From: Candidatus Magasanikiibacteriota bacterium | GTDB taxonomy: Bacteria; Patescibacteriota; Patescibacteriia; Magasanikbacterales; UBA922 | Assembly: GCA_021648085.1 (NCBI GenBank) | Contig: JAKITS010000001.1 | Location: 541,671 to 605,670 of the forward strand | DNA length: 64,000 bases | Direction: 5' to 3' | Shown here: piece after piece, positions 1 through 9,446 of the stretch | Layout of the letters: the number at the start of each line of letters is the position of its first letter | Position numbering within the stretch: position 1 is the stretch's first letter | Program-made: the position numbers and the translations under genes | The notes under the pieces: generated by a model | Told to the model about the DNA's origin: nothing | What the model saw: the letters and a program-made list of their open reading frames with translations, nothing else | Database searches by the model: none

Positions 1-1090
1 CTTTTGGAACTAAAACTTTTACATAACTTAAGTACCTACTAGTCCTCCAATCAAACGACCCATTATGGGTATACTCCATATTGACATTTGCCACAAATCT
101 TCCATCTTCTTGTGGAGTTATTGAATATTTCACAATTCTTTCTATAGCATGGTCTGTTTTCAAAGCTCCTAAATTTGCATCTACCCACATTACGTAATCA
201 TCTGATGTGTCTTGCACTCTACCAGCCCAATTCAATCGCTCAATCTGGTCTTGCAATACATCATCACGAGCATAAATTAAGATTTGTTTTTCGTTTGATA
301 ATTTTACCGCTGTATCCAGATATTCTTGCCAATTTAGTATTGCCGTTAATCCCATTTTTTTGAATAATTCTTTCATAAAAATACCAACTATAACCTTTCT
401 ATCTTCCACAGCTATATCTCTATCTTTGTATGCATACTCCACCTCATATTCTAGCTTTCTAGTCACATTTTCACTATCAAAAGTCATCCCATCTACACTT
501 ATAGGGCCTATTATTTTTAATAACTCTTCCAAAACTGTAGGTGTTACACCTATTACACCATCTATTTCCCCTGCTTTATAACCTTGCTCCAACATATAAA
601 GTTCCAATGTTTTTTTAGAGCTTTCCATAAAATCTGGAGACCAATTACTGTCCCTAAACCACCACCTATCTACACCCAAATGATCTGAAAGTGGTTTTGG
701 TGGAACTGGTTTTGGTGTGCTTGGCGCAGAGTGATCTAAATTTTCACTTCCTTCTACTTTTTCTATTTTTACCTTTCCGCCGTCTATAGTCACAACCCCG
801 TAAACTCCTATAAATCCTCCACCGGGACGCAACTCTGTGTTATTTAAAAACAAAAATAAATAAGTTTTTTCCTCACCAAAACCAAGAAGTATTGGTAACA
901 ACCTTGTAAACGAATCTCTGTCTTCTTGTGTCATTATAGTAGCCCCTTCTTTACTTATAAGTTCATTTAAAATTAAATTGTTTATTCTATTATTCACATA
1001 AAAAAATACCACAACAAGAGCCAAAATAATTGCAATAATAACAGCTAAGGTAATTAATAATATTTTTTTTGCTCTTGTTTTTTTAAACAT
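1..1090 (-). CDS. DUF4012-like membrane-anchored protein, partial (C-terminus beyond window edge). It is not in the supplied ORF track because it runs off the window.
   Basis: Own translation of the minus strand from ATG at 1090-1088 runs open to position 1. N-terminal TM helix, then motif ELRPGGGFIGVYG typical of DUF4012. ATG overlaps the stop of the upstream GT2 gene (ATGTTTAA coupling). Confidence 0.55.
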   Translation of the reverse strand, partial: MFKKTRAKKILLITLAVIIAIILALVVVFFYVNNRINNLILNELISKEGATIMTQEDRDSFTRLLPILLGFGEEKTYLFLFLNNTELRPGGGFIGVYGVVTIDGGKVKIEKVEGSENLDHSAPSTPKPVPPKPLSDHLGVDRWWFRDSNWSPDFMESSKKTLELYMLEQGYKAGEIDGVIGVTPTVLEELLKIIGPISVDGMTFDSENVTRKLEYEVEYAYKDRDIAVEDRKVIVGIFMKELFKKMGLTAILNWQEYLDTAVKLSNEKQILIYARDDVLQDQIERLNWAGRVQDTSDDYVMWVDANLGALKTDHAIERIVKYSITPQEDGRFVANVNMEYTHNGSFDWRTSRYLSYVKVLVPK

Positions 1091-2597
1091 ATTTTTTATT
1101 ATTTTTTTTAGCTCTTGTTTTTTGTGAGACATTAAATCCTAGATATTTTCCAAACATAAGATGTGTCACAGCATCTATCGCTGGAATTGCACTCACAAAA
1201 ATTAATGAGAGGGGTAAAAGTCCCCACTGTAAGAGCATTATAAGATACTTATATTTAGGTTCACTTTTTGGTTTTTTTGGTAAAAGTGGAAAGCTTAAAA
1301 CAGCAGAAATCAAAAGCCCAGCCATTGCCATAATCATTAACCTCTCCAACAAATGAGGTGCGTTGAAAAACAAGGCACTTTGTTGAACAGACTCTGGCGC
1401 TACCCACATTGGCAAACGCCCCAAAACCGTAATCATAACAGCAACAACACTCCAAGACCATTTACCCTCCCATTCCACAAAAATCCACTTTACTTTTTTC
1501 CACAAAGTTATTTTTTTTCCTTTTTTCTTGAAATTCCAAAGTAAATAAGGAATATGTTCTGTTCCCCAAGCCCAGCGACGCTGTTGTTTATACAAATTCT
1601 TTATACTTGTCCACCATTTTACATCTCGCACAGTGTCCATTGAAACTGGAATATACATTGGAACAACACGGTAGTCACCATTATAATACAAAAAACATTG
1701 GTAAAAAATTCTAGAATCCTCACTAACAATCTCTTTACTGTGAAATCCAGCGTCTACAAGTGCGCTAAAACTCATAGAATGAGATGAGAAAGTTACGAGT
1801 GTATCTTGTTTTGCAAGAGAAGTGAGTGTCCAAAAAGTTGTACCAAAAGCCATAATTCTTAAAATAGAAGGAGACTCCCATATATTATTATTATAAAGCG
1901 CAACTGGTTGATAAGAGCTTCTAGTAGCCTTTGGATTCGTACAATAAAGATAAGTTAAATAAGTAAAATAGTGTTGATGACAGATTGTATCAATATCAAA
2001 AATAGTTACAATCACATTATTATAATTCCACTTTTTTTTGTCTATATATTTTTTAATTTCTTTTTCAGAATAGTTTAAATTTGAACCTTTTCCAGGAATT
2101 TCATCTTGTAGATCTTTTGGGTGAAGTGTACCAATTATATCTCCAAAACAAGATGCAAAATGTTTTTTTGTCTTTTCAAAAATATCCTCAAAATGCAACC
2201 CTTCTCTCTCTTCGCCAGCTATTACAACAGTAAAAAGCTCTGGCGAATGTTTTGAAGCTTTACACAGACTAGTTAGTGCACTTTTTATAACATCCCATTC
2301 CTCATTGTAAACTGTTAAAAAAACCACATGTTTTTTTTCTCTCCAGTTCTCTACTTCATGGTTTAACTTGTCTAGCCAGTCTATTTTTCTAGCAGCTCTA
2401 AAACGAGCCCAAGCAACTGTAAGATAAAATACAAAATGAGCAACTTTTAACACCCAATAAATATCAAATAAAATAATAAAATAAACCATCCAAAGTGGTT
2501 TTGTAAATGACAAAGTAACTCCCAAAATTAAGGTAAGCCAAATAGAGAGTCCTGGCAAAATTTCATACATTCTGTAGCGTTGGTAGTCGCTAAGCAT
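1083..2597 (-). CDS. Membrane glycosyltransferase family 2, processive type (cellulose/chitin/PNAG-synthase-like)
   Basis: 504 aa, multiple TM helices, conserved QQRRW (QxxRW) motif and D-rich GT-A core. Partnered with a DUF4012 gene, a common pairing. Confidence 0.75.
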   Translation of the reverse strand: MLSDYQRYRMYEILPGLSIWLTLILGVTLSFTKPLWMVYFIILFDIYWVLKVAHFVFYLTVAWARFRAARKIDWLDKLNHEVENWREKKHVVFLTVYNEEWDVIKSALTSLCKASKHSPELFTVVIAGEEREGLHFEDIFEKTKKHFASCFGDIIGTLHPKDLQDEIPGKGSNLNYSEKEIKKYIDKKKWNYNNVIVTIFDIDTICHQHYFTYLTYLYCTNPKATRSSYQPVALYNNNIWESPSILRIMAFGTTFWTLTSLAKQDTLVTFSSHSMSFSALVDAGFHSKEIVSEDSRIFYQCFLYYNGDYRVVPMYIPVSMDTVRDVKWWTSIKNLYKQQRRWAWGTEHIPYLLWNFKKKGKKITLWKKVKWIFVEWEGKWSWSVVAVMITVLGRLPMWVAPESVQQSALFFNAPHLLERLMIMAMAGLLISAVLSFPLLPKKPKSEPKYKYLIMLLQWGLLPLSLIFVSAIPAIDAVTHLMFGKYLGFNVSQKTRAKKNNKKYV

Positions 2598-2609
2598 ATT
2601 TTTTATTTA

Positions 2610-3032
2610 CTATTTCCACAATTTAATCTTTAAAATTTTTCTCCAAAATGACTTTTTTCCAATACTAGGTTTTCCACTATAACTAGCAAAAATAAAATCT
2701 CCTTTGTTTTGTTTTTTTAACTTTTTAATAAGTTTTTTTGGTTCTAGACTTTGTTTTTTAGTGATAGCAAGTCCTGGAATGTCTAATACATACAAAAAAC
2801 TGTTTACAACTGTTGTAGCAACACGAGTACTAGTAAAACCGCCAGACCCAACAACTACCATAATACCTTTTAGAGTTTCCTTTTCAATCTTATTATTTTT
2901 AAAAAACTTATCTACAGCTTCTGGAAGTCCGTCTGTATTTCTTTTGTACTCAGTAGAAATCTCTTTTTTCTTTTCATTAAATAACACAAGTTTATTTTTT
3001 TTTCTGTCTGATGGATCAATTAGTAAATACAT
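2610..3032 (-). CDS. tsaB: TsaB-like protein (short YeaZ/TsaB N-terminal domain)
   Basis: 140 aa; MYLLIDPS...LVLF and VVVGSGGFTSTRVATTVVNSF match the TsaB/YeaZ pattern (IDTS...GPGSFTGxRig). Confidence 0.6.
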   Translation of the reverse strand: MYLLIDPSDRKKNKLVLFNEKKKEISTEYKRNTDGLPEAVDKFFKNNKIEKETLKGIMVVVGSGGFTSTRVATTVVNSFLYVLDIPGLAITKKQSLEPKKLIKKLKKQNKGDFIFASYSGKPSIGKKSFWRKILKIKLWK

Positions 3033-3053
3033 AGTATTATTTAATAAATATAT

Positions 3054-3644
3054 TTACACATTAAGCTCATTCAAAACTTTCATATTTTTTCCTTCTAAAA
3101 TAGAATACAAAAACCTATCCATCACATACCTTCTGTCAAAAAACTCCTCTTCGGACATTAAAGTATAACGAATTTCTGCACTAGTACTTTTTTCATATTT
3201 TGCTATAATTTTTGCCAACACCTGTTCTTTTGCTTTTCCAACCAAAAGTAAGTCTGTATCAGAATCTTCATTTCCAACAAATCTACCAGCTATCACAATA
3301 AGCTTAAACTTTCCTGCTTTTGCTTTTATTTGTTTTACTAAATCTTGTTCACCAGCAATATGTGCCTTTCCAAGTAAAGCATGCATTTCTGGGTAAAAAA
3401 CACAACTTTTATCTATTTGATAATACTTACGCAAACTAGAAGCACTTCCAGTTTTTTGCTGTGTATTTGCAACTTCCTCTATAAGGCCAACTTTAATAAG
3501 AAGATTTATCTCTCTTCTCACTGCATTTATATGTGATTCTATCTCTCTCGTAAGCTCTCGAATAAAAAATATCTTATCGGGCTCACGAAAAAAAGTTTTC
3601 AAAAGTTTTAATCTGGTCTTTGAACCAAAAAGATGTTCAAGCAT
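3054..3644 (-). CDS. Hypothetical protein with N-terminal winged-helix DNA-binding-like region
   Basis: 196 aa; N-terminal segment KTRLKLLKTF...FIRELTREIESHINAVRREINLLIKVGLIEE resembles an ArsR/MarR-type wHTH. Same strand and tight spacing with tsaB and GT2. Confidence 0.45.
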   Translation of the reverse strand: MLEHLFGSKTRLKLLKTFFREPDKIFFIRELTREIESHINAVRREINLLIKVGLIEEVANTQQKTGSASSLRKYYQIDKSCVFYPEMHALLGKAHIAGEQDLVKQIKAKAGKFKLIVIAGRFVGNEDSDTDLLLVGKAKEQVLAKIIAKYEKSTSAEIRYTLMSEEEFFDRRYVMDRFLYSILEGKNMKVLNELNV

Positions 3645-3722
3645 AGTTTTCTTTCACTGTTTTATTAAATATAGTATAATATGGTTGTGCTAAGTAGTCA
3701 AAGATAATTTTTATATTCCATT

Positions 3723-5897
3723 ATGATTAGTTCCGTTGAACTGCGTGAATTTTTTGTTTGTGGAACTTATTCAGAGACACAACACTCACTCTTACATATA
3801 AGTGAGCCTGAAAGCCCTGAGGAAAAAGACAAAGGGTATTTTTTTGCTATTGCAGAAATTAGAGAATCTACAAAAAAAGAAATAGAAAAAATTCAAGAAT
3901 TAATAAATGAAATAGAAATACTTTACTATAAAAGTGATGTTGGAAGTCATAGAGAAAACTTTGAAAAAATACTACAAAAAATAAACGAAGACGAAAAATT
4001 TGAAAAATTAAAAAAATCAAATATGGATCTTTTTGTGGCTGTTATGCGTGGGCACAGTATTTCTTTTGCACACAGAGGAACACCAAATGTTTTACTTTTT
4101 CATAATTCACACAACTCACTTCACCGAAAAAAACTTATTGAAAAAGATTTAGAGCAAAACTCAGACAAAATATTTTCCACAGTTGTAGAAGGAAAAGTAC
4201 ACTCTAAAAATTATTTTTATATATCAACCCCAAATGTAAGTGAAGTTTTTTCAAACGATAGAATACAAAAACTTCTCACATCTAGAACTGTAGAACAAAC
4301 AATAAAACACATTCAAAAAGTTTTAGAATCTATGTCAGATGGCTCATCTTACGGTGGAATTATTTGCAAAGTTCTAAACAGTGAAAACCAAATAGAGGAT
4401 GAACACAAAAAAACAGGATCAATCGAATCTATCGAACAGATGATAGACCACGAAAAAAACACACAAGAAACATTATCACCATCTTTTTTCTCAAACAGTA
4501 TAAACGAACTCAAAAAAATATTTTCACCACCTCATTTCAAACAAGACGATGAAAATATAAATTCCCCAAAAGCGAGACATCAAAATCAAAACACATCTAC
4601 AATAAATATGGTTTTGGTTACCACAGGAAAAGCCTTAGTTATAACATTTTTAGCAATATTTAGGATTATAAAATTTATAGCATTATTTACTTATAGACTA
4701 TTTTCTACTATATTTTTTCTTATCACAAAACCAAGTAAGAGAAACGAAACAAAAGAAAAGTGGAGAAAATATATTAACCATAAAAAACACTATTTCAAAA
4801 CAATGTCGATTCTGCACAAAATACTTCTTACACTTTTAATTATTCTTACAGCTACATTCATTGGAAGTATTGTTTTTATGAGAGTACAGACACAGCAAGA
4901 GCTAGAAAGGCAAATTTATGTTGGTCAAATACAAGAAATTATAAATAAACAAATAGAAGCTGAATCCAGTATTATTTATAAAGATGAAAAAACAGCTTTC
5001 AATTTATTAAAAGAAGCTGAAGAAATAATAAATAATCTGCCAAGTGAAAATAAAATTCAAGAGCAGAAAAAAGAAGAGTTAATAGCAGATTTAGATGTAA
5101 TATTTAGAAAACTTCGTAAAATAGAAATTGTAAAAGCAGATATTTTTGCAGAGCTTCCAGACGCTCGCATAAACAAACTAGAATTTATAGACAATATTTT
5201 AATTGCGTACAACAAAGATATTAAAACTTTATACAAAATAAATCTCGGAACAAAACAAATAGAAACACAGGAATACAATGAAACTTTTGATTTTACCCAA
5301 AGCACAGTACCAAAAGAAAATGATAAGATATTATTTTTAGATGATAACAACTCCATAATAGAATACGACAGAAAAACATCTTCCATCATATCTCAAGATA
5401 TTTCTTACCAAAAAGATAATCCCAACATAAGTAATATATTTATTTATAATCAAAGATTATATTCAATAGATATAAATTCTAGTGAAATTTATAAACACAA
5501 CGAGACACAAACAGGCTACGACAAAGGTGCACTTTGGCTAAAGCAAGATGTAGACTTGAGTGACGCTGTAGACTTGGCGATTGATTCTAGTCTTTATGTT
5601 CTAAAGTTAAATGGAGAATTGTTGAAATTTTCTAGCGGAGTTCAAGAGGAATTTTCCATAAATATGATAGATCCAGCGATGGAAGAGCCAACTCAAATGT
5701 GGACATATTCAGATGTGGATGAGATATTTATCCTAGAACCAAAACAAAAAAGAATTGTGATAATAGACAAAGGTGGGGTGCTGTTAAAACAATACACTTC
5801 TCTAGATTGGCAAAATCCAACCAGCATGAGCGTGGACATAGACAATAAGAAATTATATGTGATTGATAGTGGTAAGGTTTATAAGATTAATTTGTAA
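3723..5897 (+). CDS. Large hypothetical membrane protein (N-terminal cytoplasmic domain, two central TM helices, ~350-aa C-terminal extracytoplasmic domain)
   Basis: 724-aa intact ORF; hydrophobic segments around residues 295-375. No family recognised. Confidence 0.55.
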   Translation: MISSVELREFFVCGTYSETQHSLLHISEPESPEEKDKGYFFAIAEIRESTKKEIEKIQELINEIEILYYKSDVGSHRENFEKILQKINEDEKFEKLKKSNMDLFVAVMRGHSISFAHRGTPNVLLFHNSHNSLHRKKLIEKDLEQNSDKIFSTVVEGKVHSKNYFYISTPNVSEVFSNDRIQKLLTSRTVEQTIKHIQKVLESMSDGSSYGGIICKVLNSENQIEDEHKKTGSIESIEQMIDHEKNTQETLSPSFFSNSINELKKIFSPPHFKQDDENINSPKARHQNQNTSTINMVLVTTGKALVITFLAIFRIIKFIALFTYRLFSTIFFLITKPSKRNETKEKWRKYINHKKHYFKTMSILHKILLTLLIILTATFIGSIVFMRVQTQQELERQIYVGQIQEIINKQIEAESSIIYKDEKTAFNLLKEAEEIINNLPSENKIQEQKKEELIADLDVIFRKLRKIEIVKADIFAELPDARINKLEFIDNILIAYNKDIKTLYKINLGTKQIETQEYNETFDFTQSTVPKENDKILFLDDNNSIIEYDRKTSSIISQDISYQKDNPNISNIFIYNQRLYSIDINSSEIYKHNETQTGYDKGALWLKQDVDLSDAVDLAIDSSLYVLKLNGELLKFSSGVQEEFSINMIDPAMEEPTQMWTYSDVDEIFILEPKQKRIVIIDKGGVLLKQYTSLDWQNPTSMSVDIDNKKLYVIDSGKVYKINL

Positions 5898-5947
5898 AAA
5901 AAATAAATTAAAAAAAGAGATGAAAAATAAATCACCTCTTTTTGTTT

Positions 5948-6631
5948 TTATACTTGCAGTTTCGAAAGATCATCGTCGACAAGAGGAAATATATTATAAA
6001 CATAATCCAATTCCCTATCACTCAAATTTTCTTCCAATAGAATATTTACTGCCCACCGTTTCAACTCTTTACTATAATGACCACAACGAACAATTGTAAT
6101 TAGTTCAAATTTTCCAGTTCCAGTTAATTTACCATCTCTAAAAAATCTTTGTTCCAATTCTTTTGTCACTTTTCTAATAAACTTTGGAAAATCACTAGCA
6201 ATGAGACAAAGTAGTCGCAAATAAACATCTTCTGGTTTCTTCATTTTTCTATTTGCAATTCGCTTGCGAAACTCTGGAACACAAGTATAAATAGAAATTA
6301 AATCATAATAAATACTAATATTCTTTTTTGCCTCATTCATAAACACGCGCCAAGCAGATTCACGAATTTCTGGTCTTCTCATATAAAAAACCATATGGTC
6401 AATCCAATACTGATATTCTTTTCCATCTCTTTCTTTGCGTTTAAGAATTTCTTTCCATACAAGCCTTATAAATAAAATATGATCTTGTGCATCTCTAATC
6501 TCTCGATTAAGAGCGCAAATATCAGGTCTTCTTATCAAATAATTTCCATATTTTTCTTCAGAAAACTGACATTGTGTATCCTCTGTATGCATTTTAAATT
6601 CTCCTCTTTGGCTGTAAATGAACGAATACAT
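5948..6631 (-). CDS. Hypothetical protein
   Basis: 227-aa ORF, basic, no recognisable motifs. Convergent with the upstream membrane protein gene. Confidence 0.5.
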   Translation of the reverse strand: MYSFIYSQRGEFKMHTEDTQCQFSEEKYGNYLIRRPDICALNREIRDAQDHILFIRLVWKEILKRKERDGKEYQYWIDHMVFYMRRPEIRESAWRVFMNEAKKNISIYYDLISIYTCVPEFRKRIANRKMKKPEDVYLRLLCLIASDFPKFIRKVTKELEQRFFRDGKLTGTGKFELITIVRCGHYSKELKRWAVNILLEENLSDRELDYVYNIFPLVDDDLSKLQV

Positions 6632-6696
6632 CTTAGCACATAATTAAACAAAAAACAATCCCAAAAGGGATTGTTTTTTGTTTATTTGAAAAAAGT

Positions 6697-7161
6697 TTAC
6701 TTAAGTTCAACTTTTCCACCAGCTTCTTCAATTTGTGCTTTCATTGCTTCGGCCTCTTCTTTTTTAACATTTTCTTTGATTACAGATGGAGCATTATCTA
6801 CCAACCCTTTTGCATCTGCAAGTCCAAGACCTGTGATAACTTTAACCGCTTTAATTACTGCAATTTTAGTTGCACCAAAATCAGTTAATTCTACATTAAA
6901 TTCAGACTTTTCCTCTACTGCAGGTGCTTCAGCACCACCAAGTGCAGGACCAGCCATCATCATTGCAGGAGCAGCTGCGCTTACTCCAAATTTGTCTTCC
7001 AAAACTTTTACAAGTTCTGATAACTCAATTACAGACAATGTTTCGATAGTTTTTACCAAGTCTGCAAATTTTGCAGGAACTTCTACTGAAGTTTCCTCAA
7101 CTTTTGTCTCTTCTACAGGAGTTACCTCTACTGTTTCTTCTACTTTTTTTTCTTCTGTCAT
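6697..7161 (-). CDS. rplL: 50S ribosomal protein L7/L12 with ~30-aa acidic N-terminal extension
   Basis: Canonical L7/L12 NTD ([19 protein letters not shown]), Ala/Gly hinge and CTD ([24 protein letters not shown]). Confidence 0.95.
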   Translation of the reverse strand: MTEEKKVEETVEVTPVEETKVEETSVEVPAKFADLVKTIETLSVIELSELVKVLEDKFGVSAAAPAMMMAGPALGGAEAPAVEEKSEFNVELTDFGATKIAVIKAVKVITGLGLADAKGLVDNAPSVIKENVKKEEAEAMKAQIEEAGGKVELK

Positions 7162-7233
7162 ATTATTTATTTAGAAATTATCACCGAACACACCTCCATT
7201 TCTGAAATTATGTTTGGTTTATAATTTCAATAT

Positions 7234-7761
7234 TTAAGCTTCGCTTTTTGAATCTTTAATCGCATTTAGAACGTTAACAACTGAGCGTAAATTTCCTGCA
7301 AGCACATTTACGAATCCAGAAATTGGAGCGTTAATTGTACCAACCAACTGAGCATAAAGCTGTTGTTTGCTAGGTAATTTAGCAAGTGCCTCTACTTGGA
7401 GTGCTTCAATGAATTTTCCCTCCAAAACTCCACCGAAAACTTTAACAATTTCATAATCTTTTGCAAAATTTGAAACTATTTGTGCAGGTGCAACTTCGTC
7501 GTTTGTTCCAAAAAATACTGCCACACCACCGTCGAAAATCTTTGAATCGATTTCCAAGCCAGCTTCAGCTGCAGCTTTTTTGACTAAAGTTTTTTTACTA
7601 ATTAAACATTTAACACCCTCTACTCTACACTTGTCTCGCAATTCATCTGTCTGACCCACTGTCAAACCTTGAAAATTTGCAAAAACAACTGATTTAGAGT
7701 TTTTAATTCCGTCTGTCAAACGTTCCATTGTACTTTCTTTTTGTTGTCTAGTTTTTGCCAT
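7234..7761 (-). CDS. rplJ: 50S ribosomal protein L10
   Basis: 175 aa; L10-like sequence directly upstream of rplL on the same strand. Confidence 0.9.
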   Translation of the reverse strand: MAKTRQQKESTMERLTDGIKNSKSVVFANFQGLTVGQTDELRDKCRVEGVKCLISKKTLVKKAAAEAGLEIDSKIFDGGVAVFFGTNDEVAPAQIVSNFAKDYEIVKVFGGVLEGKFIEALQVEALAKLPSKQQLYAQLVGTINAPISGFVNVLAGNLRSVVNVLNAIKDSKSEA

Positions 7762-7883
7762 ATTTTATAATAAAAAAACTGTGACAAACTTTGCCACAGA
7801 CATATGGAATTTTATTCCCTATAAAGTATTCGACCTAATAAAGCTAAAATTAGCTTTCAATACCTCGGTAGCGTGTTTAATTC

Positions 7884-8068
7884 CGAACAAGAACTTATTT
7901 GAAATCTTTTTTTGAATCAATTTTATTATATTTTGAGCGAAAATCTTATAAAAAAGTGAAATATAACGGGGCTATATTGAGCTTTTTTAGAAGATTTGTA
8001 GCCAGAATAGAATGAATTGAACAAAAAAAGATTTCAAATAAGTTCTTAAGCCAGAAAGCTACTGTCTA
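7884..8068. repeat. ~35-bp near-perfect inverted repeat (arms 7884-7918 and 8036-8068) flanking ~117 bp in the rplJ 5-prime leader
   Basis: Arm 1 GAACAAGAACTTATTTGAAATCTTTTTTTGAATCAAT; arm 2 ATTGAACAAAAAAAGATTTCAAATAAGTTCTTAAG, its reverse complement with two mismatches. Confidence 0.55.
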
Positions 8069-8127
8069 TGGTTAAGTTTTGTTTGACTCCATATTACCTT
8101 ATTAAAAAAATAAAGTCAAGGAGTTTG

Positions 8128-8199
8128 TACCGCCAAGGGGAATCGAACCCCTGTTACCGGGATGAAAACCCGGCGTCCTAACCACTAGACGATGGCGGC
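8128..8199 (-). tRNA. tRNA-Glu (anticodon UUC)
   Basis: Minus-strand cloverleaf GCCGCCA-TC-GTCT-AGTGGTTA-GGAC-G-CCGGG-TTTTCAT-CCCGG-TAAC-AGGGG-TTCGATT-CCCCT-TGGCGGT-A. Close to E. coli tRNA-Glu. G1-U72 wobble, no encoded CCA. Confidence 0.85.
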
Positions 8200-8331
8200 A
8201 TTAAAATTTACATACAAACTTTAAATACACGAAAATTATACTATATTTCACTACTTTTGTCAAGATTATACAATAAAACCCTTTATTTTTTGCTTATTTT
8301 AAGTTATTATAAAAATAAAGATATTACATAA

Positions 8332-9342
8332 ATGAAAATTTTAGCAATAGAAACATCTTGCGATGAAACATCAGTCGCTTTGGTTGAGTTTAAAAACTCA
8401 AAAATAAATGTGCTTGCAGAAAAAACTGCAAGCCAGATTGATATACACAAAAAATATGGTGGAGTTGTGCCAGAGGTTGCAGGTCGCAAACATGCTGAAT
8501 TTATTTTACCAACCGTAAAAGAAGTTTTAGGCGGGCAACCAAAACCAGATGTAATAGTTTCTGCAAATGGCCCAGGGCTTATTACAGGACTTATCATTGG
8601 GGTAGAAACCGCAAAAATGCTTTCTATACTTTTAAAAATTCCAATAGTTTCTACAAACCATATGGAAGGTCATATTTATTCTGCACTTTTGGAGGAAAAA
8701 GATTTGGATGCAATCAAATTCCCTGCACTTGCACTAATAGCTTCTGGTGGGCATTCTGAATTGATAATTATGAAGGACAATCTGTCTTATGAAAAAATTG
8801 GTAAAACTCGTGACGACGCTGCAGGAGAATGTTTTGATAAGGTTGGAACACTTCTAGGTTTTGAATATCCAGGTGGCCCAAAGGTCTCTAAATCAGCTTT
8901 AAAAGGAGATCCGACAGCGATAGACCTACCAAGACCAATGATAAAAAGTGATAACTTTGATTTTAGTTTTGCAGGACTCAAGACTGCATCTTTATATTAT
9001 TTGCAAAAAAATAAAAGAGTAAATAAAGCAGATTTTGCTGCAAGTTTTGAGCAGGCTGTGGTAGATGTGCTAGTTTCCAAAACAATGCGTGCAGCTATAA
9101 AATACAAACCAAAAACTATTATTTTGGCAGGTGGAGTGAGTGCAAACCAAAAACTTAGAGATACTTTAAAAAAAGAAATAGAAACAAATTTTCCAAAAAC
9201 AAAATTCCTACTTCCACCACAAGAATACACCACCGACAATGCCGTAATGGTCGCAGTCGCAGGATATTTTAAAGCAAAAAACAAACAATATACTCCTTGG
9301 AAAAAACTGAAAGCTGAACCAAATTGGGAATTGGGAGAATAG
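8332..9342 (+). CDS. tsaD: tRNA N6-adenosine threonylcarbamoyltransferase TsaD (Kae1/Gcp family)
   Basis: 336 aa; MKILAIETSCDETSVALVE start and HMEGH metal-binding motif. Confidence 0.9.
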   Translation: MKILAIETSCDETSVALVEFKNSKINVLAEKTASQIDIHKKYGGVVPEVAGRKHAEFILPTVKEVLGGQPKPDVIVSANGPGLITGLIIGVETAKMLSILLKIPIVSTNHMEGHIYSALLEEKDLDAIKFPALALIASGGHSELIIMKDNLSYEKIGKTRDDAAGECFDKVGTLLGFEYPGGPKVSKSALKGDPTAIDLPRPMIKSDNFDFSFAGLKTASLYYLQKNKRVNKADFAASFEQAVVDVLVSKTMRAAIKYKPKTIILAGGVSANQKLRDTLKKEIETNFPKTKFLLPPQEYTTDNAVMVAVAGYFKAKNKQYTPWKKLKAEPNWELGE

Positions 9343-9396
9343 AAGCGTTCTAATTGTTCAATCACTTCGCTCGTTCGAAATGTTCTAGTCGTAAAA

Positions 9397-9428
9397 ACAA
9401 AAAAACCAGTAGAAATACTGGTTTTTTT
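9397..9428. terminator. Rho-independent terminator hairpin AAAAAACCAGTAGAAATACTGGTTTTTTT (one of five near-identical copies)
   Basis: Perfect 6-7-bp stem CCAGTA/TACTGG between A-run and T-run, between convergent tsaD and dnaE. Confidence 0.6.
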
Positions 9429-9446
9429 AATATTAAATTTAAAACA

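Noticed and set aside
175-581. Two small plus-strand ORFs at the window start
   Set aside because: Low-complexity translations lying antisense to the DUF4012-like gene that I could translate continuously on the minus strand.
6671-7174. 167-aa plus-strand ORF
   Set aside because: Antisense shadow of rplL; Ala/Ser-rich junk translation.
8200-8331. Putative tsaD promoter TTGTCA...TACAAT
   Set aside because: Spacing between the candidate -35 and -10 hexamers is only about 6 nt, so it is not a credible sigma70 promoter as read.
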